A stretch of 63,065 nucleotides of DNA, filler included, from Octopus bimaculoides (Eukaryota): NCBI RefSeq assembly GCF_001194135.2. It is 6 parts of 6 records of this genome, joined end to end, with 100 filler letters (N's around TTAATTAATTAA, not from the genome) between each part and the next. Parts side by side here need not be neighbours in the genome. Positions count along the whole stretch, not along the records: positions 8,242 to 25,812 come from NC_068995.1; positions 25,913 to 40,441 come from NC_068985.1; 4 more parts are not named here. One strand, 5' to 3'. Below are positions 13,605 through 26,052 of the stretch, in pieces (the first letter of the stretch is position 1; every line of letters begins with the position of its first letter). The notes beneath the pieces are model-generated. The model was not told where the DNA came from. It made no database searches and worked only from the letters and a program-made list of their open reading frames with translations. The translations under genes and the position numbers were made by a program.

Positions 13605-14310
13605 AAGCGGCGAACTAGCAGAATCGTTAGCACACCTGGCAAATTGCTTAACGGCATTTCGTCTACCTTGTCGCTCTGTGTTCAAATACCAGCGAGGTCG
13701 ACTTTGCTTTTTATCTTTTCAGGCTCGATGAAATAAGTACCAGTCAATATACAGGGATCAATATAATCGCTCCCTTTAAAAAAATTCTGGCCCTGTGCCT
13801 ATCATAGAAAGGTTTAGTTCTTGTCCTCATAAGTGGGTGAGCTGGCAGGATCGTAAGCACGCCGGGCAAAATACTTAACGGAATTTCGTCCACTTTTACG
13901 ATCTGGGTTCAAATTCCGCTGAGGTCAACTTTGCTTTCATCTTTTCGGGGTTCTGAAAAATAAGTACCATTTGAGTACTAGGGTCGATGAAATCGTATAG
14001 TCTTTCCTTATCTAAAAATTTCGGGCTTTGTGCCTATTATAAAAACATCATTTCCTGTCCTCATATTCTCTCATTCCTTTTATTCCTCTAACACGGCGAG
14101 CTAGCAGTATCGTTAGCACGCCGGGCGATAGGCTTAGCGGTATTTCGGCTGTCTTTACATTCTGAGTTCAAATTACGCCGAGGTCGAATTTGTCTTTTAT
14201 CGTTTCGGGGTCGATAAATTAAGTACCAGTTGCGTACTGGGTCGATCTAATCGACTGGCTCTCTCCCTCAAAATTCCGGGCCTTGTACCTATAATAGAAA
14301 AGATTCCTGT
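13605..14310 (+). mobile_element. Three head-to-tail SINE family B copies
   Basis: Units start near 13605, 13833 and 14092, each with gcgagct(a/g)gcag..atcgttagcac...gttcaaat(t/a)cc..gaggtc.act...aataagtacc...gccttgtgcct. Confidence 0.85.
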
Positions 14311-14529
14311 GATTCCTTCAACTGGTGATTTCTTACAAAATTCTGCTTTTGTTTATAGAATCTACATTTGCCAACAGATTTAAAACTATTCTTCATATCG
14401 TTCTTATACAACGGAGATTAGCAGAATTCTTACAGGATCAGGAAGAAATGGTCCTGAAGTATTCTTCCAGCATTCCATCAAACTGGGAAAATAAAGTACA
14501 ATACCAGTCTTGTATTTAATTCTGTGGAA

Positions 14530-14965
14530 GTGTGATAAGAATTTTGTTTCCCAATCACATGGTTGTGGGTTCAGTCCCACAGCGTGTCATCTTGGCCAAG
14601 TGTCTTCTTCTATAACTTCGAGTCGACCGGCCAAAGCTTTATGAAACTGAAGGAAGACCATCGTATATACATATGTGAGTGTGTATCTGTCTGTTTGCCT
14701 GCCTGCCTGTCTGACTGCCTGCCTGCTTGTGTATTTGAGTGTTTGTGCTTGTCCCCCGCCACCGAGCCATCGATTGACAACTCGTATTGGTGTGGTTACG
14801 TCCCCGTAAGTTAGTGCTTCGGCAAAAGAGAGCGACAGAATAAGTACCAGGTTTAACAAAAGAGAAAATAATTGCTGAGGTCGATTCGTTCGACTAAAAA
14901 TTCCTCAAGGCAGCGCCCCAGCATGGCCGCAGTCTAATGACTGAAACAAATGAAAGGTAAAACAT
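14530..14965 (+). mobile_element. SINE family A
   Basis: cacatggttgtgggttcagtcccacagcgtgtcatcttggccaagtgtc head; gccccagcatggccgcagtctaatgactgaaac tail. Confidence 0.85.
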
Positions 14966-15669
14966 AAAAGAAGACTATCACCTGCCAACTACATTGCTAG
15001 TCGCGAGTAGAAATTTGCGGCAATTTCAGGCTCACAGAATCAGTGTTCAAATTCTACCGCGGTCAATTTTGCCTTTAATCACACAAGAATCGATAAATTA
15101 AACTACCAGTAAATTATTAGAATCAATTTGACTAACCGAAATCCATCTATCATAATGTTGATCTTAAGCTCAGTATTGAGGTAATTTAATGGTGATGATC
15201 TGGAAGAATCTTTAGAGCATCGAACAAAAATGTCTCGGTGGAAAATTGCCTTTCAGTATTTGTTGATTTTTTCCATTCTCAGTTTCGGTTCCACCAGAGG
15301 CAGTTTTGCCTTTCATCTATCTTGATTCGACAAAATAACGTAGCAGTCAAATCTTGGAAGTCAATGATATTGAAGACCCTCGGATCAAATAATAATAATG
15401 ATAATAATAATGCACGAAGATTGTAGTAGTAGTTGTAGTAGTAATAGCAGCAGCAGCAGAGAGCAGCAGCAGAGAGCAGCAGCAGAGAGCAGCAGCAGTA
15501 GTAGTAGTAGTAGTAGTAGTAGCGAATAAATTGGGAACAAATTGTGTCGAAGTTTCCATTGTCACCCATTTAGATTTTCTTATAAGTTTAAAACTTATGA
15601 AAGNNNNNNNNNNTTATTTAATTTAGGCTTTCTTAGAAACTATCTCATCGTGACAACAATCCTAGATAG

Positions 15670-15718
<49 letters not shown>

Positions 15719-15719
15719 T

Positions 15720-15751
<32 letters not shown>

Positions 15752-16197
15752 ATGTGTGCCTGTGTGTGTCTGTGTCCATATATCTATATATATATACATA
15801 CATATACATAAATACATACATATATACACATACACACAAATATGCGCACGCACACACAAACATGTTTAATTAGCACATAGTTTTCACGGTAAACTGTAAC
15901 ATTTTCTCGAAATTGCTTGAATGCAGCCTTGTTAAACAATACATATGCTAGTATTAAATAACCTAGAATAATGAGAATATTAAAGCTAACCTGAAGCACA
16001 TAAGACATGCAGAAACACTGGGCAGTAAATAAAATATATGATAATCATGAATAAAAAACTCAGAAAATATTTTGCTGTATCTGATTTCATAATCTCTAAG
16101 TAATAATATTTTCAAGCGCCAACAAATATACGAAGAGTCTACATTCAACTTCGTGGCAATTTACTCATCATTATTTCCTAAATAGATAAAGCGTATG

Positions 16198-16239
16198 CTT
16201 TACTGATGAGGTAAGAATAAGACTGAAACATGCCTGGAG
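16198..16239 (+). ncRNA. Degenerate minimal type I hammerhead ribozyme motif
   Basis: CTTTA-CTGATGA-GGT(aagaataag)ACT-GAAAC-AT-GCC-TGGAG. Intact CUGAUGA and GAAA boxes; stem I CTTTA/TGGAG pairs with G-U wobbles; the cleavage triplet reads GCC instead of GUH, so it is probably inactive. Confidence 0.55.
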
Positions 16240-16929
16240 AGGGATACTATACTTTTAGAGGTGACTAATATTACTATTATTAGCTATTGGCTAATAATTT
16301 TTTTTTTCTGCGCCGTCGGGGGGACCAACTTGTAGTTAGGATTTCATTATCTCATTCATTAATTATTGGTGTCTGACATATGTGCAGGGATTGAATGGCT
16401 GTGAAATGTGTCACAGTCGATTATATCATATCTATAGATTAAGTGGTCCTCTGGGAGGATGAAAACCACGGTTAACGGTACCAAGATTTGAACCTGGAGT
16501 GCATACAAACGTAAACGAAAACAGCTGTAAATTTCGCATTCTATATTTTATATATTATATATGTAAGGCATAATATGTCATATATGTATGTATATTGTTA
16601 TAATTGTCTTTTTAGTAAATAAATAAATTGACATAATATAATGTCTATAAGTTGATGAATACCACCTATCAATCCCCGCCATTTATTGCTCTCTCTCTCT
16701 CTCTCTCTCNNNNNNNNNNNNNNNNNNNNNNNNNNNNNNNNNNNNNNNNNNNNNNNNNNNNNNNNNNNNNNNNNNNNNNNNNNNNNNNNNNNNNNNNNNN
16801 NNNNNNNNNNNNNNNNNNNNNNNNNNNNNNNNNNNNNNNNNNNNNNNNNNNNNNNNNNNNNNNNNNNNNNNNNNNNNNNNNNNNNNNNNNNNNNNNNNNN
16901 NNNNNNNNNNNNNNNNNNNNNNNNNNNNN

Positions 16930-16960
<31 letters not shown>

Positions 16961-17560
16961 CAATGTTAATTCTCTAAATGAAGTATTAACAGTAACTGCA
17001 CGATAAAGTGAAGTATATTGCCACTTAAGTGTGGCTGACCCCTAGGGGTGGATGTTACTGTTGCTTTTAGCCCCAGGAGGACATCATATATATATACGTA
17101 CTCAGATATATATGTTTATATGCGCATATTCAAACAAATAGATAGGCACGCAGATAGATAGACAGACACACCGATAAACGCGATGAGTCATAACAGAACA
17201 AATATCAAAAAATACATTACAGTGACCCACACATGCAAACCGTAAAATATAATATTTCATTATTTCGTTTGATATCACGTTTGATGACATAGCCAGGTGA
17301 GGATGACTAGACAGAAAAGCTCGACAGTCGACAAAGGATATTGATACTGTGATATTCAAAAGCCGATACCAGATATCAGAAGTCTTCTTGCGTTTCGTAT
17401 GGACACTCTCTAACATACCTGATTGAATCGCAGCTGAAATGCGGAAATGCGTGTTATTGGAAATATGACAAGTAGTCTAGATATTACGTTATACATACGC
17501 ATGCACGAATTGCGCCGTCAGACTCACAAACAGGAATACGTTGACACACATACCAAAATA

Positions 17561-17597
<37 letters not shown>

Positions 17598-17941
17598 TAT
17601 CTATATATATATATACGTGTGTGTGTATGTATATATATATATATAAATATATATGTAGATATATACATATATATACATATATATACATATATATATCTTA
17701 TATACATATGTATATATATATATATACATATATATACATATATATATTATATATACATATGTATATATATATATATATATATATACATATATATACATAT
17801 ATATATTATATATACATGTGTGTGTGTGTGTGTATGTATATACTCATATATGTGTATATGTGTATACGTGATTAGGAACATGTGCGACTGGGTATTTGCT
17901 ANNNNNNNNNNNNNNNNNNNNNNNNNNNNNNNNNNNNNNNN

Positions 17942-18008
<67 letters not shown>

Positions 18009-18426
18009 CATAGATACATACATATATACACACATACAAGTTCACACCCATCCATGCACATTCGCACACATACACGTACACCAATCAAACACGCGGACAA
18101 TATCTATACGTATGTAAATATGTACACGCGTATACATATATCACGCAGATATCTAAGTATACATATATGCTCACTTTTATACACGCTACGTATATGTTGT
18201 ATACTTGATATGTTGTCAGTGGAGTTACAGCGTCAGAGAAAATTCCACTTGGTATTTGTTACAAGTCTGTATAATATTAGTTCGAATCTCACAATAGTCG
18301 CCTCTAGCGTTCACATTATCAAGGTCCACCATAAAAAAAAACAAAAAAAAAACTAAAAATAAATCGAGGCGGGGCTTTGGATTAGTATCCCATTTACATA
18401 GTCAGACGGGATGACTTGCATTATCA

Positions 18427-19227
18427 TTAGGGGCTTTTTGGGCTCTTATAGCAACGCATTACATAACCCCGGTGCCAAAGTGTGCTAGTGTTTAACAAAC
18501 GCCTTTTTCTTGGAGAACATTGTTGGTAATAAAAGCAGGAAACTTTGTTAAGAAGCAATTTCTAATTTCCTTCTAAAACCCCTTGCTCATGTCTGTGCAG
18601 AAACATGATCATCCCTCTCGATTCGCATTCGTGGACAGACGTCCTGCATTCAGGAATAGAATTTCTTTTTATTTGTACATTAAAACTGCCTTTGGTTTCA
18701 TGTTGTGAAAATATCTAAGTATCTTAACAATTTTTCAAGCCGATCACATGAAGGAATCGTGCTTGTCTCCATTTTCCCTAAAAAAGAAAATAGTCTCGTT
18801 GAATTCACGGAGATTCTCGTAGACAAAATAACAAATCAAGGATCACTGCTCTTGGATTATATGTATGACAGGGTGCATTGTCGTCGTGAAAATCCAAATC
18901 GGGCGCTCCACTGGTTCGTTGGTTTTCGCCGAATGTCCTTCCTCAAACGCTTCAAAACTTTGCAATAGAACTCTCGATTGATGGAAGGGCCTTGGGGTGG
19001 GGGATGAATTCTCGATGCGCAATATTACATTTCGATCATGTTTCTGCATATATCTGCACAAACATGAGCAAGGGGTTTTAGAAGGAAATTAGAAATTGCT
19101 TCTTAACAAAGTTTCCTGCTTTTATTACCAACAATGTTCTCCAAGAAAAAGGCGTTTGTTAAACTCTAGCACACTTTGGCACCGGGGTTCTGTGATGCGT
19201 TGCTATAAGAGCCCAAAAAGCCCCTAA
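18427..19227. repeat. Fold-back element: ~185-195-bp inverted arms (18427-18610 and 19034-19227) with ~420-bp spacer
   Basis: Left arm ttaggggctttttgggctcttatagc...gtgcagaaacatgatc is the reverse complement of right arm gatcatgtttctgca...gctataagagcccaaaaagcccctaa, with few mismatches and one ~10-nt indel. Confidence 0.9.
18865..19000 (-). mobile_element. mariner transposase catalytic-domain fragment inside the fold-back spacer
   Basis: PQGPSINREFYCKVLKRLRKDIRRKPTNQWS..., then after a frameshift WI-HDDNAPCH (mariner HDNAPxH motif). Confidence 0.8.
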
Positions 19228-19484
19228 GGAATTTTGAAAGAAGCATCAATAAAACTAGTTTTTAAGCATCGCATGGCTATAGGGTCCGTAATCAAAACGG
19301 GTTCATGAATAGATTGTTGAAAAGCCCAGATAGGTCCTATCAAGTAATGTATAGTGTAATTGTTATCGTTAAACAATTCTGTAGGTTCCCTGTCATTTGA
19401 TGAGGAAAGCCTGGTCTGGATTATAATAGAGAGATAATAAGGTACCCAACCGGATTCTAAATCCTTAGTCCTTTATATTTTGTA

Positions 19485-19527
<43 letters not shown>

Positions 19528-19815
19528 CAATTAAAAGGGTAAAGGATTATCAATTTATTAATTTATTAATAAGTTAATAATTAATAATTTTTACCAAGCT
19601 CTTCGGTATGTAAGCACCATTATCGGTGAGGAACTTATTTAAAAGTTCTTATACATTTATAAACAAAAATTAAGGGATCAGCAACAGGTTGCTTCACCAC
19701 ATACCGAAGTTCAGAAATATCAGCTAAATTGCTGAGACTCCAACAGATGGCAGTTACCTGCAACTCACATAGGCAAAACAAGAAGAAAAATAACGAACTA
19801 AACTCGCCATAGTTA

Positions 19816-19873
19816 ATCATATACATGTTTCTGGTTTAGAAGGAAAAACTCTTCATTACCTCATCGGTATGAT
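19816..19873 (-). ncRNA. Hammerhead-like motif in the left arm
   Basis: Minus strand: ATCATA-CCGATGA-GGT(22-nt loop)ACC-A-GAAAC-AT-GTA-TATGAT. Perfect 6-bp stem I and GUA cleavage triplet; U4>C and one extra A before GAAA. Confidence 0.55.
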
Positions 19874-19992
19874 GTTCCAGTTGTAAATTCGACGATACTG
19901 GCAAATGTGCATGCATGACCGAGCGCCATCATAGCAATCGACACAGTTTGAAAGTATCTCCAAATCCACATAGGCGAGCCAGCCTATGGAAT

Positions 19993-20050
19993 ATCATACC
20001 GATGAGGTAATGAAGAGTGTTTCCTTCTAAACCATAAACATGTACATGAT
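19993..20050 (+). ncRNA. Hammerhead-like motif in the right arm (more decayed)
   Basis: ATCATA-CCGATGA-GGT...ACC-A-TAAAC-AT-GTA-CATGAT; G12>T and a mismatch at stem I position 1. Confidence 0.45.
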
Positions 20051-20734
20051 TAACTATGGCTAGTTTAGTTCGTTATTTTTCTTCTTGTTTTGTGAGTTGC
20101 AGGTAATTGCCATCTGTTGGGGTCTCAACAATTTAGCTGATATTTCTGAACTTCGGTACGTGGTGAAGCAACCTGTTGCTGATCCCTTAATTTTTGTTTA
20201 TATATATATATATATATATATANNNNNNNNNNNNNNNNNNNNNNNNNNNNNNNNNNNNNNNNNNNNNNNNNNNNNNNNNNNNNNNNNNNNNNNNNNNNNN
20301 NNNNNNNNNNNNNNNNNNNNNNNNNNNNNNNNNNNNNNNNNNNNNNNNNNNNNNNNNNNNNNNNNNNNNNNNNNNNNNNNNNNNNNNNNNNNNNNNNNNN
20401 NNNNNNNNNNNNNNNNNNNNNNNNNNNNNNNNNNNNNNNNNNNNNNNNNNNNNNNNNNNNNNNNNNNNNNNNNNNNNNNNNNNNNNNNNNNNNNNNNNNN
20501 NNNNNNNNNNNNNNNNNNNNNNNNNNNNNNNNNNNNNNNNNNNNNNNNNNNNNNNNNNNNNNNNNNNNNNNNNNNNNNNNNNNNNNNNNNNNNNNNNNNN
20601 NNNNNNNNNNNNNNNNNNNNNNNNNNNNNNNNNNNNNNNNNNNNNNNNNNNNNATATATATATATATATATATATATGGTGGTGCACCAGCATGACCGCA
20701 GCCACTTGGCTAAAACACATAAATAAATAAAAAA

Positions 20735-20765
<31 letters not shown>

Positions 20766-21040
20766 CACATATATATATACATGTATATATCTATGCACAC
20801 ACACACACAAACATATATAGGTGTGTGTGTTTTGTGTGTGGGAGTATGTATTTATATATATATATATATATATGCATATACACAAACACACAGTTATATA
20901 TACTTGCAAATATCTATATATAGATAAATAAATAGATATATATATAGAGAGAGAGGGAGAGAAGGAGAGGGAGAGGGAGAGAGAACGAGAGAGAGATGCA
21001 TATATACATGCATATATATATTTATATACATATATAAACG

Positions 21041-21105
<65 letters not shown>

Positions 21106-21211
21106 GCATATAGACATGCGTATGTATGTGTCAGCGTTTGAGTTTTTATGTGTATATATCTATGTAATTGTGTGTGTACACTAGCAATCTATCTATCTAT
21201 CTAACAATCTG

Positions 21212-21261
<50 letters not shown>

Positions 21262-21822
21262 GATTTATCTATCTATCTACCTATCTATCTAGCTAGCTAG
21301 CTATGTGAGCTCACGTGTGTGTAATTTGTGTGTGTGTGTGTGTGTATGCGTGTGTGTGATTGCATCTGTATGTATTTGTGAGTGTAATTTCCTGTTCTGG
21401 TCTTCTTTATCGTCCTCCGTCTGATGGCTGAGAGCCGGAGGGTACAGAGTCGTCGACAAGTTAGCAGTTATAATTTATATTGACCTAACTTAAATACGTA
21501 GATTATTTTCTCTTTTAACCTTCTCACCTTGAAGTTTTAAGCTGTTCTCATGGACACAAACTTTCGGTGAATCTTCAATTACAAACAATAATTACCAGAA
21601 ATATGTATAAACGTACACACACGATCACACATTTACGTACACATTCTTACTCACCGCTATTACGAAAGCGCGCGCGCATGTGTGTATGAATATGTATTTG
21701 CTATGCATATCTATGTATCTTTCTATTTAGGTGTTGACATGTAATGCAGCAAATTAATAAATTCATTTAAATATATACACTCTATACACATTAATACGTG
21801 CATAGAAGCACGCATGTTCGTA

Positions 21823-21855
<33 letters not shown>

Positions 21856-21856
21856 A

Positions 21857-21907
<51 letters not shown>

Positions 21908-22984
21908 TTATCTATATATATATNNNNNNNNNNNNNNNNNNNNNNNNNNNNNNNNNNNNNNNNNNNNNNNNNNNNNNNNNNNNNNNNNNNNNNNNNNNNN
22001 NNNNNNNNNNNNNNNNNNNNNNNNNNNNNNNNNNNNNNNNNNNNNNNNNNNNNNNNNNNNNNNNNNNNNNNNNNNNNNNNNNNNNNNNNNNNNNNNNNNN
22101 NNNNNNNNNNNNNNNNNNNNNNNNNNNNNNNNNNNNNNNNNNNNNNNNNNNNNNNNNNNNNNNNNNNNNNNNNNNNNNNNNNTGACAGGCCGCTAGTATT
22201 TATGGTGTTAAAGACTTTCGGTATGCAAATTAGGGACTCCTTCATAGAGTAACTGTTGCATTTGTTGACTATATAAACAGTTTGACTGGAGATTGTCAGA
22301 GTGATGTAGACACCTCTGATGAAAAACCCAAAATGTTCGAAAATCAATTAAGGTTGTTCATTTTTTTCAGTCTGCGTTTGACATATATATACATATATAT
22401 ATATAAATATATATGCACATATATATATATGCATATATGTGTTAAGGACGTCACAAACGTAAACAACATGATATACGAAGTGTATGTTTATGCAATGTGT
22501 TTAGAAAGGATTCATTTAATTCAATAATTCTCAGACATATTTTAATAACAATTCTACCTTTTTATACTTTCTCATTTTCAACGTCCCCCGCTTGCTACGA
22601 TACAGTGCTCTCTCCTTCTCCGCCATTTTAATATATACATACATGTAATATCAAACCAGAGCAATTTAGTTCAAGGTACCACTTTGACGCGGGTGACTAC
22701 TTACCACAGCACCACCCTATTATAAGTTGGATACTGCAAGCATATGCGGTATATATTCAGCTTTGTTTATTTACTTATTCACATTTCGAAGTCTGCTATG
22801 GTTGTTAATGTTGTCGTTGTTGTTGTGATTGCAGCTAACTAGCGGTTTATCATAATATTATATTTAATATTTTTTGTTGATATTTAAATGGGAGGAGAAA
22901 TTTTTTTTTAATTTGTACAGATGCATCTATGCATCTATCGCCCCCTAGCACCCGCTTTTTCTCTAGTACCCATATTAAATTACC

Positions 22985-23027
22985 CATTGCTCCCAGGGGG
23001 CGGTACCGCCCACTTTGAGAAGCACTG
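22985..23027 (-). mobile_element. hAT/Charlie-type terminal inverted repeat (single end)
   Basis: Reverse complement CAGTGCTTCTCAAAGTGGGCGGTACCGCCCCC; CAGTG(C/G)TTCTCAAA is a typical Charlie-family terminus. Confidence 0.55.
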
Positions 23028-23249
23028 AGATAACCAATTAAGAACACAACAGCGTTTACATTCACTATATTTTATTATTTAATACTGTTGTCTACTATAA
23101 CGTGTCAAAAGGTTTCGTCGCACTTCTACAATTCTGGGTGCCTGCATGCATAAAAAAGAACCTCCTATTGTCTTACAAACCAAAACTTATTTAGATGAAT
23201 TTACAATATTACAAATTAAAACAAAACAGGTTGGTCAAACTTTTTATGT

Positions 23250-23450
23250 TTTACTTGATTCAGTCATTTGACTCTGGCCATGCTGGGGCACCACCTTGAA
23301 GAAATTTTATTCGAATGAGTCTATCCCAGTATTTAGTTCTTGTTTAAAGTCAAGTACTTTTATCTCCCATTAATACCGAACCTCTAAGTTATGCGGATGT
23401 AGTCTCACCAACACCGGTTGTCAAATAGTGGTGGGGGATACATACGCACA
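23250..23450 (-). mobile_element. SINE family A, 3' portion
   Basis: tgattcagtcatttgactctggccatgctggggcaccaccttgaag...caacaccggttgtcaaatagtggtggggga. Confidence 0.7.
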
Positions 23451-24368
23451 CACGCACACGCACACGCGCCCACGCACACGCACACACACACACACACGCG
23501 CACACAAACACACTTATTTTTAAAAATTAATATTTAGCAGAAATAACAGAGTAGCATCAGAGGCTACGGAAAAAAGACGGAACTGCCCGATCAGTCTGGA
23601 AATATCTCGACCGTTGCTTTTCAGGCAATTACGGACCCTGCCAGTATGTGTATATACAACTATATGATTTGATTGCTGCATTAGAGGGTTTAGCTCTTAT
23701 TTCTAGCTATGTAGGTGTTTCTAACATCCTCAGTCATATCTAATGACAGTTACAGTTTTCCTTTTTGTTACAGATAACTACATTAATTATTTATATACAC
23801 ATTAGCAATTCGCTAAATCATCCAAAGATTTCTATGGTGTAGCCATATATGCTGGCATTGATCTCCGTCCGAGAACAACCGAGTCGGGCCAATCTCACTG
23901 AAGATGGTGCAGATGTTTTTAGAATGTCAGCTGCCCACATACATATTGCTTATATTTATTACACTATTATTCCATGTAATTATTTATTTTCTGTTGCTAG
24001 TTTACATTTGAGTTCTTTCCAAATGCTTCTTATCATTTTCTCCATATAAGTTAACAAGTTTCAAGCTACAAAGTGTCTGCTCCGTTTTCTAGTATATTTC
24101 CATACAGAAATTATCGAAAGTAAGCCCAATTGATAGGCCAGTGAAGAGAATATCAATTTGAACGCTTGGTTAGTTTTCTAATCTAGCGTGGATTTTCTGA
24201 AATTCATGTGAACAGGAATATCTTCTAAATAATTTGCTTGAAGATTTAATTGCTGATTTAACGATGTAAATGTTTGGATTCGTTGGTAATGGCGTTCATT
24301 GGGAAACCAATAAAATAATATTCAAAATTCAATAAAAACATGACGTACCTCTGCCTGATTGCTCAAAA

Positions 24369-24494
24369 ATGTCAAACCATCATTTGTTGAATGTAGTATT
24401 ATTAAGTGTTTGTGCATGGATAATGTTATTATCAAGTACGTATAACTTCGCTATACGAGACTATACAAACTTGTATGATAATTGCTTTAACACC
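24369..24494 (+). CDS. Candidate first coding exon of a secreted protein (possibly the S1A protease); unverified
   Basis: aaaaATG context; MSNHHLLNVVLLSVCAWIMLLSSTYNFAIRDYTNLYDNCFNT has a hydrophobic core resembling a signal peptide. Donor ACC|GTGAGC (phase 0) at 24495, alternative A|GTACGT (phase 1) at 24436. No homology support. Confidence 0.25.
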
Positions 24495-25924
24495 GTGAGC
24501 TTTTTTGTATGTTTTTGGCACATATAAAAATAGAATGCACAAAATAATGCGTGCAAAAATTTAAAAGTCAATTACTTCTCTTTTTTTTAATTATATTTAA
24601 CAATATGCGATAAAATCTATTGAATTATAACCGTGATTAAATAAAACCACCTCAAGTTAAAATGTTTCCAAATGGCAAAGCTTATCTCCAAATTGCAAAC
24701 TAACAAAACAAAATTTATGCTCCTACTAACAACAGCAAATCGACGAAACGTTGCTACCACGTACCACATTTCAACGGATAGGTGGACTAGGCGGGTTTCT
24801 GAGAATTAATTTGAAAGAAACATATTGATATATGAACAGACATTTCATTTCTACCTTCATTTCTCTCCACTGTCATCTTTACATTTCTTATTTCTAGGAA
24901 ATATTACATAACTACTTTTCCCAGTTAAATTCAATCAATCGCAAAATTTCCCCTCTACCATGTTCGAATTGAAATACAAGTTGATATCGTTAATTCAAAA
25001 TGTAAAGAATTACACCTAAACATATCATTTTATCCTGTCTAACAAAATTTAAGCGATCAAATAATTTATTTATCCTTCCGTGGGATGAAAAACTAGGCGT
25101 AATCTGATTTTATTCTAACCGTAAACTTTTATCAAAGGAAAATTCCCATTATCTATATGTTATTTGTAGCACATATAAACTACAGTACCGTGTAAATTTC
25201 TACTAATTGCCAACTTATAAGTAGATGTTTCGTATTGCGATTTTTACAGATGGAACATTGGCTCTGTTTGAATCGTAATATTTTGTAGTAGAGGTTCTGA
25301 ATGAGAGAGACAAGCTGTAAGACGACCACAAAAAATGGCTGTTTCAATTTGTCGACAACTTTTGCACAGTACTATATACATCAGTGAAACTGAAATACTT
25401 AATTGCTTATTATTGCATACGCTGAAGCTCTTTAAACTAGTCAGAAACGTCTACTTTTACTGTTCCAAGAGATATAACATCTATGGTGTATCTATTTTAT
25501 TTGTCATAGCGAGGCTAAAAGCGTATGTTTATATTTAAAAAATGAACTATGTCGTAATTTCAAATTATCCAAGGGTTCTGTATAATTTACAATGAATTAA
25601 GCAATTCACATTTTCGCCAGATTCACTCTAATAAGAATTAGATTGGCCATTTTAACTGAGTTCTACTCGATGTAACGTATTAGCGACTATAAGTTATAGA
25701 TCTCTTTGCATAAAGGTGGTGGATATGATGGATATTATCTTTTCTAATATTGATCTTAGGAAACTAGACACTAAGATTTTAAATCACTCTTTCTGACATC
25801 AGAGAGAGAGAGNNNNNNNNNNNNNNNNNNNNNNNNNNNNNNNNNNNNNNNNNNNNTTAATTAATTAANNNNNNNNNNNNNNNNNNNNNNNNNNNNNNNN
25901 NNNNNNNNNNNNAGTCAAACATAA

Positions 25925-26052
<128 letters not shown>

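Larger units (their letters stand above)
19658..20202. repeat. Fold-back element: ~215-bp inverted arms (19658-19878 and 19988-20202) with ~110-bp spacer, ending in a (TA)n array
   Basis: taaacaaaaattaagggatcagcaacaggttgc...catcggtatgatgttcc versus ggaatatcataccgatgagg...gcaacctgttgctgatcccttaatttttgttta. Confidence 0.9.

Noticed and set aside
18427-18433. TTAGGGG at the fold-back ends resembling telomeric TTAGGG
   Set aside because: A single unit only; not enough to claim telomere addition.
23625-23643. 19-nt + strand micro-exon-like segment (ttttcag|...|gtatgt)
   Set aside because: No recognisable peptide; expected by chance at this density.
23927-23941. SAAHI, resembling the protease TAAHC motif
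   Set aside because: No Cys58 and no upstream CGG.LI...WV context.
24442-24476. loxP-like ATAACTTCG(c)TATA...TATAC
   Set aside because: The second half-site is poor; a chance match in AT-rich DNA that also overlaps the candidate exon.
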